Positions 1-4,953 of a DNA stretch of 5,522 nt are shown here, piece by piece; the stretch's first letter is position 1, and each line of letters starts with the position of its first letter. Source of the stretch: Candidatus Jordarchaeales archaeon (GTDB lineage: Archaea > Asgardarchaeota > Jordiarchaeia > Jordiarchaeales > Freyrarchaeaceae); the NCBI GenBank assembly GCA_038858525.1, contig JAWCFL010000061.1, positions 1 to 5,522 of the forward strand, written 5' to 3'. The notes under the pieces were generated by a model that had not been told where the DNA came from, made no database searches, and saw nothing but the letters and a program-made list of their open reading frames with translations. Both the position numbers and the translations under genes were made by a program.

Positions 1-177
1 CTGGTTGTAGGCGAGCCTAACGAGCCTGTCCTCGGCGTGCCAGTACCCATGGATAGGTTTGGTCTATCAATGGTTGGCGGCATAACTCCGGGGGCGGCGC
101 TCAAGGAGATGGGCATAAAAATTGAAACTTTCGCTCCCCATTGTCTTCTTGAAATCAAAGAAATGAAGATGATATAA
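1..177 (+). CDS. nrpR: C-terminal end of NrpR-family nitrogen regulator (DUF128/NRD domain); partial, 5' end outside window
   Basis: Not in the ORF track. Frame +1 is open from base 1 to TAA at 175-177: LVVGEPNEPVLGVPVPMDRFGLSMVGGITPGAALKEMGIKIETFAPHCLLEIKEMKMI*. The GEPN..LG.PV.....G....GG..P.A.L.E pattern matches my recollection of the NrpR regulatory-domain C-terminus. A canonical NrpR operator at 2911-2924 supports this independently. Confidence 0.78.
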   Translation: MVVGEPNEPVLGVPVPMDRFGLSMVGGITPGAALKEMGIKIETFAPHCLLEIKEMKMI

Positions 178-307
178 TCGGGCGCCATGCTGATGAAAAA
201 GTATGCAGGGTTAAGCTTAACATGCACGCTCGACAATAGCACATAAAAGTCCGTCGTCGGGTTGGTGTACTAATAAGGTTGGGTTCGTCTCCGGGTAACG
301 CTGGTGT

Positions 308-316
308 GAGGAGGAG
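308..316 (+). promoter_or_regulatory. Shine-Dalgarno site for the ZIP transporter
   Basis: GAGGAGGAG lies 5 nt upstream of the GTG start at 322. Confidence 0.7.
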
Positions 317-321
317 TTAAG

Positions 322-1185
322 GTGTTCTTCTATCACTTGACGCTTGAAGGAGCCGCCACTAATGCCCTACTGGCGGGGGTCTTCACTTGGCTCATGACTG
401 CTCTGGGCGCGCTCGCAATTATCCCATTTAGAAGAATTTCTGAGAAGGTTTTGAGTGGCATGCTTGGGCTCGCGGCAGGAGTTATGGTTTCAGCCAGCTT
501 CTGGTCGCTACTTGCCCCGTCGGTTGATCTCTCAGCGGAGGCAGGCAACCCGTGGCTTCCAGCCGTCACGGGATTCCTCCTGGGTGGCGTACTAATAAGA
601 GCACTCGACGTGACAATACCTCACATTCACCTTGGAGTGGAGAAGGCAGAGGGGAGAAGCGTGACGTGGAGCAGAAGAATTCTGCTAGTTGCAGCAGTGA
701 CGCTCCACAACGTACCTGAGGGGCTTGCCATCGGGGTAGTCTTTGGAGCCATAACAGTCACGCTGAACGCGGCTCTCACCTACATGGCTCTAGGAGCAAT
801 AGAACTGTCCTTCGCCACTCTAAGCCACGGGGCAAGTTTCGCATCAGCCGCTGCCCTCACGCTCGGCATAGGGCTCCAAAACCTACCTGAGGGCTTCGCC
901 ATATCCATGCCTCTGCGCGCTGAGGGATTCACGACTGTGCGAAGCATCTTCTACGGTCAGCTCTCCGCAGTAGTCGAACCCATCTTCGCAGTTATAGGAG
1001 CGGCAACAGTGCTCCTCGTATCCTCACTACTACCCTACGTGATGTCTCTCGCAGCTGGGGCTATGATATTCGTCTCGGTAGAAGAGCTAATACCAGAGTC
1101 GCAGAAAAACCCTGACCTAGCGACTGCAAGCTTCATGATAGGCTTCGCAGCAATGATGCTTCTCGACGTCGCATTCACCATTTAA
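322..1185 (+). CDS. ZIP-family (ZupT/GufA-like) divalent metal transporter
   Basis: 287 aa, multi-pass hydrophobic protein. It has TM4 HNVPEG and TM5 QNLPEG metal-site motifs, a His-containing loop (IPHIH) and the C-terminal AAGAMIFVSVEELIPESQ signature. GTG start with a strong RBS. Confidence 0.93.
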   Translation: MFFYHLTLEGAATNALLAGVFTWLMTALGALAIIPFRRISEKVLSGMLGLAAGVMVSASFWSLLAPSVDLSAEAGNPWLPAVTGFLLGGVLIRALDVTIPHIHLGVEKAEGRSVTWSRRILLVAAVTLHNVPEGLAIGVVFGAITVTLNAALTYMALGAIELSFATLSHGASFASAAALTLGIGLQNLPEGFAISMPLRAEGFTTVRSIFYGQLSAVVEPIFAVIGAATVLLVSSLLPYVMSLAAGAMIFVSVEELIPESQKNPDLATASFMIGFAAMMLLDVAFTI

Positions 1186-1240
1186 CCAAAAATCTATTGA
1201 TGAAGTAGAAAAATTAAGAAAGGAGGCTAAAAAGGGGGAC
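1186..1240 (-). terminator. Pyrimidine/T-rich tract downstream of the glutamate synthase-like gene (probable archaeal terminator, convergent gene junction)
   Basis: After the stop, the minus strand reads ...CCCCCTTTTTAGCCTCCTTTCTTAATTTTTCTAC...; oligo-T tracts are typical archaeal terminators. Confidence 0.4.
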
Positions 1241-1250
1241 CGTTCGCAGT

Positions 1251-2840
1251 TTAAACTCCGTCCAGTATTCTTTCCGCTTCTTCCCTGTATGCTTCCATTA
1301 CGTATGGTATTCCTGAAATTTTCGCCGCCTCCTCCGTTAGAGCTATGAGGTCCTTGCGTGAGACCGTTGAGAGCTTGAAGTTTCTGCTTCCAGCCATCAG
1401 TTGCTGGAGTCCAATCTTGAATTTCTGGCAGAAAGTGTAGACTCCTATGGCTCCCAGCGGCATCTTTTTCACTTCCTCTCCATACTTGGACCTCAGTTCC
1501 TCATAAGTGATGAAGATCTCCTCAACAGTGCTTCCGTACTTGGCGACGTTCTTTGGCAGGTCGCCCTCCTCAATCCACTTCCCTATGTTCTTGCCCACCA
1601 TGCCCGGTATCATTAGGGCTCTACCCATGCACACCGCCTTCACGTAGGGTGCGCCCATGGCTATCGCCTTGAAAACCCCATCCTCCGTTGAGAAGCCCCC
1701 AGCCATGGCTATGTCGGGAACCCTGAAGCCCTTCTCCTCAAGCCTCCTGCAGAACTGATACGTCAGCGCTTCAAGGTAGAACGTCGGGATGCCCCACTCG
1801 TTCATCATAGGCCACGGGCTCATGCCAGTCCCACCCGGAGCCCCGTCCACCGTTATAAGGTCAAGCTTCGCCTCAGCACCGTACCTTAAAGCCATGGCCA
1901 AGTCAACAGTAGAGTATGCTCCCGTCTTCAGCGTCACCCTCTTAAACCCAAGGTCTCTCAGTCTGTCAACCTCCTCCAAGAAAGACTCCCTACTTACGAA
2001 GCCCAGCCTCGAGTGCCTCTCAAACTCCTTTATTTCACCCTCTCTGAAAGCCTCTTGCACAGCCGGGTTCTCAGGGTCAGGTAAGACAATGTAGCCTCGC
2101 CTTTTGAGTTCAAGCGCTCTCTCCAGCGAGTTGACCTTTATCTCGCCGCCAATGCTCTTAGCTCCCTGCCCCCACTTGATCTCTATGGCTTCAAGCTCAT
2201 GCTTGCTGGAAACATACTCGGCCACTCCGAGCCTCGTGTCCTCAACGTTCAGCTGCACGCGCAGCTCCCCGTAACCCTCATAATACCTCTTGTAGACTTC
2301 TATCCTCCTGTCCATGTCCGGTGACTTCTTAACTTTCCCCCTAGCGTCCAGCTCGAGCTCCGGGTCAACTCCGCAAACGTTCTCGCCGCAAACAATGGAT
2401 ATCCCGGAGATCGCTGCTCCAACAGCGAAGTGCTCCCAGTTCCTGCGCGCTATCTCGGTGGAGCCGAGAGCCCCCATGAATATGGGAAGAAGCATCTTAA
2501 TCTTGCTATTCCACCCATACTCGGTGGTTACGTCAACGTTGGTGAATATCGCCTCGTCGGGTCCAACGTCTCCGTTTAGCCCCTTAGCCCCCCAACAGTA
2601 GCCCTGAATGTTGATGTGAGAGTAATCTACAGGGTACTCCTTGCGGCCGCCAGCAGTTATCTCGCCGTATGGTTGAGGGTAAAGCATCTCCCTTCCTCTG
2701 AAGGAAGCCATCCAAATGTCGCATCCACCTCTGCACCCGTCAATGCACCTCGAACATATGCCGGACATCGGGACGACGTCTCTTGAGCGGTTAAGTGTTC
2801 CTAGCGCTTCATCAGCGTTGGGACGCCTTAAGTTTACCAT
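1251..2840 (-). CDS. Stand-alone FMN-binding glutamate synthase family protein (GltB FMN-domain-like)
   Basis: GltB FMN-barrel motifs are present: IEIKWGQGAK, ITVDGAPGGTGMSP, AGGFSTEDGVFKAIAMGA and VCMGRALM. There is an N-terminal CxxCxxxCxxxC motif and no glutamine amidotransferase domain. The ORF track starts at 2858, but the SD-like GGAAGTGG precedes the tandem ATGs at 2843/2840, so one of those is the more likely start. Confidence 0.92.
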   Translation of the reverse strand: MVNLRRPNADEALGTLNRSRDVVPMSGICSRCIDGCRGGCDIWMASFRGREMLYPQPYGEITAGGRKEYPVDYSHINIQGYCWGAKGLNGDVGPDEAIFTNVDVTTEYGWNSKIKMLLPIFMGALGSTEIARRNWEHFAVGAAISGISIVCGENVCGVDPELELDARGKVKKSPDMDRRIEVYKRYYEGYGELRVQLNVEDTRLGVAEYVSSKHELEAIEIKWGQGAKSIGGEIKVNSLERALELKRRGYIVLPDPENPAVQEAFREGEIKEFERHSRLGFVSRESFLEEVDRLRDLGFKRVTLKTGAYSTVDLAMALRYGAEAKLDLITVDGAPGGTGMSPWPMMNEWGIPTFYLEALTYQFCRRLEEKGFRVPDIAMAGGFSTEDGVFKAIAMGAPYVKAVCMGRALMIPGMVGKNIGKWIEEGDLPKNVAKYGSTVEEIFITYEELRSKYGEEVKKMPLGAIGVYTFCQKFKIGLQQLMAGSRNFKLSTVSRKDLIALTEEAAKISGIPYVMEAYREEAERILDGV

Positions 2841-2896
2841 CATCCCACTTCCACACATTTAATAGCATAACTTTGGTGTCCAAGAAGAAGGACATT

Positions 2897-2911
2897 TATT
2901 TAAATTTTTCG
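2897..2911 (-). promoter_or_regulatory. Archaeal BRE + TATA promoter of the glutamate synthase-like gene
   Basis: Minus strand CGAAAAA (BRE-like, 2911-2905) is immediately followed by TTTAAATA (2904-2897), about 55 nt upstream of the likely start codon. Confidence 0.72.
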
Positions 2912-2926
2912 GAAACTAGCTTCCGA
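2909..2926. promoter_or_regulatory. NrpR operator (GGAA-N6-TTCC)
   Basis: TCGGAAACTAGCTTCCGA is an 18-bp palindrome with one mismatched pair; its core GGAA-ACTAGC-TTCC is at 2911-2924. It is the only GGAA-N6-TTCC I found in the window, it overlaps the BRE, and an nrpR-like gene is nearby. Confidence 0.85.
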
Positions 2927-2999
2927 CCAAAAGTGTAATCTGTAAAAATAAGCAGTAAAGATGAATTCCCAGGCAACCGAGCAACGATTACTAGTTTCC

Positions 3000-3596
3000 T
3001 CATAACCCCTCCTCCCGCGGCAACCCAAGCTCTTCCCTCATCCACGTAGCCGCCCTCCTAAGCCTGTCCTCAAGCTCCTCTGCAAGTCTCCTCGAAACAT
3101 CAAAGTGCAGCAAATCTTTAACCCTGAGCAGCTTCTCGTCGAAGTGAGCGAGGGTCTCCGTTAGACTTCTACCAGAGCGGATGCCATGCTCAAAAGCCCT
3201 CAAAACACCAACAATTCCAAGGGCATCCAGCTTATCAGCGTCACTCAGTATCTTCGCCTCGACGCTCAACGGCTCAATACGCCTCAGCTGGACATAGCTA
3301 TAACTATGATACTCCACAGCGTTAACAACTAATTCCACAAACTTCCCATCACAACCCCTTCCCCCAAGAAACCCCCTAGCTATCAGTGAGGAGTAGTAAG
3401 CGTGTGGCTCACCGAGCGGCCTACCTACATCATGAAGGTAAACTGATACCTCAAGAAGAGTTCGGTCAAATTTTTCAGCCTCAGAAGATATAACGCTCGC
3501 ATACCTCATAACTCTCTCCACATGCGGATAACCATGAGAGAAACCGCCCCCCAGAAGCTTCCTAGCAAGCTCCCTAGCCTCGCCAGCCAAGTCCAT
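3000..3596 (-). CDS. HD-domain metal-dependent phosphohydrolase
   Basis: 198 aa with the H...HD...D pattern: SHGYPHVERV, YLHDVGR, EYHS and LSDADKLDALG. GGGGG RBS-like run upstream of the ATG. Confidence 0.92.
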   Translation of the reverse strand: MDLAGEARELARKLLGGGFSHGYPHVERVMRYASVISSEAEKFDRTLLEVSVYLHDVGRPLGEPHAYYSSLIARGFLGGRGCDGKFVELVVNAVEYHSYSYVQLRRIEPLSVEAKILSDADKLDALGIVGVLRAFEHGIRSGRSLTETLAHFDEKLLRVKDLLHFDVSRRLAEELEDRLRRAATWMREELGLPREEGL

Positions 3597-3630
3597 TCAT
3601 AGATCCCCCAGCATGCCTCAAAAACAAACT

Positions 3631-3650
3631 CTTAAATATATTTTATTCGG
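3631..3650 (-). promoter_or_regulatory. Putative BRE/TATA promoter of the HD gene
   Basis: Minus strand CCGAATAAAATATATTTAAG lies about 35-50 nt upstream of the ATG at 3596. Confidence 0.45.
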
Positions 3651-3969
3651 CAACAGAGGTGAACAGCGACTAATTGCACCGAATACGCGAAACAGGCAAA
3701 GCCCACCTTTAAGAAAACATGAGCGAACTCGGTCATCCGCTTCATGAGAGCCTGTTTAAATCATTCGACACCTGTTCCCCTCCAACTATGGGCGGGGAGC
3801 AAGTGGAACAAGCAGTTCTCCGAAACGAGAGAAAAATTTATTTCGCTTCAACTTAACTCGAGTGGCCTCATTAAATTAACGCGTGCTTTTTCATCTGATG
3901 CTCCCCCCTTCAATCTACTTCTACTTACTGTTTAATGCCGTTGCTGCTGCGCGCCGCTCCTTTTCTCTT

Positions 3970-3985
3970 CGAAAAAATTAAATCT
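3970..3985 (+). promoter_or_regulatory. Putative BRE/TATA promoter of the toxin-antitoxin operon (likely leaderless transcript)
   Basis: CGAAAAAATTAAATCT; the TATA-like element is centred about 24 nt upstream of ATG 4005, and there is no SD before that ATG. Confidence 0.5.
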
Positions 3986-4004
3986 CTGGTTTATAATTCA
4001 CCAA

Positions 4005-4283
4005 ATGGTGATAAAAGTGGAAGTAAGAATGGATGAGCAGGGCAGAATAGTAATTCCAGCAGAAATAAGGAACTTGCTAAGGGTGAAAAGAAATTCTCGT
4101 TTCTCTATAAGAGTTGAAGGCTCCAAAATAATCCTGGAGCCCGTTTTCGACTTTGAAAGCGCTGTCGACGAGTGGGTTAGAGTCGCAACGTCCACCAAGC
4201 TAGAAGTCATGTCCGAGGAGGTAGAAAATAGCTGGAAGTGGATCGGGAAGGAGTATGCAGAACGGAAACTCGGTCTACAATGA
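4005..4283 (+). CDS. AbrB/MazE/SpoVT-family DNA-binding antitoxin (VapB-type)
   Basis: The N-terminus VRMDEQGRIVIPAEIRNLLRVKRNSRFSIRVEGSKIILEP is a classic swapped-hairpin AbrB motif. It has an acidic C-terminal half and overlaps the downstream PIN gene. Confidence 0.9.
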   Translation: MVIKVEVRMDEQGRIVIPAEIRNLLRVKRNSRFSIRVEGSKIILEPVFDFESAVDEWVRVATSTKLEVMSEEVENSWKWIGKEYAERKLGLQ

Positions 4284-4773
4284 AGGAATTGTCGACGTTG
4301 GAATTCTGGTAGTCGCCATCTTCGAGAACCCATTAAAAGAACAAGCAGTCAAGTTCCTGTCCGACGTCTTAAGGCAGAAGAAGCGAGCCGCAATACCTCT
4401 AACCACAGTTTTAGGCGCATACCACATAGCAACCAGATACCTGAAACTCAAAAGGATAAACGTTAAGCATGTGCTAGACAAGCTGTTAACAACAAGGTCA
4501 CCAGCCCTCTACCCAAACATAACTCCCGAGTTGGCAAGCAGAGCTCTAGACCTAGCCACCTACTACAACATCGAGTCATGGGACGGATACATCGTCGCCC
4601 TAGCAAAAAACATCGGAAACTCCATAATTTACAGCCTCGACAAGGAACTCGAAAAAACAAGAGAAGTCACAGTGATAAACCCATTCCCAGAACACCTCAC
4701 AAAGCAATACCACAACTTCGTCAAGAAACTCTTGAAAAACCAAAACGAAACAAATAACCATCACAGTCAGTGA
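4255..4773 (+). CDS. PIN-domain protein (VapC-like toxin)
   Basis: PIN-like layout: IVD14VG, W-D110-GYIVALA and IYSLD129KE131. It is paired with the upstream AbrB gene. The start position is uncertain (see findings). Confidence 0.85.
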   Translation: MQNGNSVYNEGIVDVGILVVAIFENPLKEQAVKFLSDVLRQKKRAAIPLTTVLGAYHIATRYLKLKRINVKHVLDKLLTTRSPALYPNITPELASRALDLATYYNIESWDGYIVALAKNIGNSIIYSLDKELEKTREVTVINPFPEHLTKQYHNFVKKLLKNQNETNNHHSQ

Positions 4774-4774
4774 A

Positions 4775-4802
4775 CAAAAAACAAAAAACAAAAAACAAAA
4801 AA
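4775..4802. repeat. Perfect heptanucleotide tandem repeat (CAAAAAA)x4
   Basis: Four exact copies at 4775, 4782, 4789 and 4796, just after the PIN stop codon; TGAAC occurs at both ends (4771 and 4803). Confidence 0.9.
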
Positions 4803-4918
4803 TGAACCACAAAAATTAATCAATAAATGCAAGCATACACCAACATCAAGCACCCCCACGAACAAGGTGATTCAAAAAGCACGCACCAACCGCTCAGCAA
4901 AGCCAACCACTAACTGCT

Positions 4919-4943
4919 AAAAGATAAAACAGAAAAAGTAAAA
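4919..4943 (-). terminator. T-rich tract downstream of the nuclease gene (probable terminator)
   Basis: Minus strand TTTTACTTTTTCTGTTTTATCTTTT begins about 10 nt after the TAA at 4956-4954. Confidence 0.5.
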
Positions 4944-4953
4944 GGCTTACTAG

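Noticed and set aside
190-260. TGATGA (C-box-like) at 191-196 suggesting a C/D box sRNA
   Set aside because: No CTGA D box downstream at a suitable distance.
333-569. 78-aa minus-strand ORF
   Set aside because: Antisense shadow of the ZIP gene; no recognisable motif.
1401-2601. Three plus-strand ORFs (1401-1616, 1789-2094, 2314-2601)
   Set aside because: All lie antisense within the well-supported glutamate synthase-like gene and are Ser/Pro-rich shadow frames.
2856-2858. ATG at 2858 as the start of the glutamate synthase-like gene
   Set aside because: The added MCGSG segment coincides with the SD-like GGAAGTGG for the ATGs at 2843/2840, so a downstream start is more plausible.
3744-3935. 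63-aa plus-strand ORF in the spacer (and shorter 37-45 aa ORFs nearby)
   Set aside because: No RBS, no motif, and a composition unlike the real genes here.
3998-4812. Minus-strand ORFs 3998-4333, 4275-4481, 4463-4660 and 4600-4812
   Set aside because: Antisense to the TA pair; the hydrophobic, Phe/Cys-rich look comes from the A-rich plus strand.
3881-4884. 11-bp inverted repeat GCGTGCTTTTT (3881-3891) / AAAAAGCACGC (4874-4884) bracketing the TA pair
   Set aside because: It could suggest a mobile cassette, but it does not extend, has no target-site duplication, and several 11-mer matches are expected by chance in 5.5 kb.
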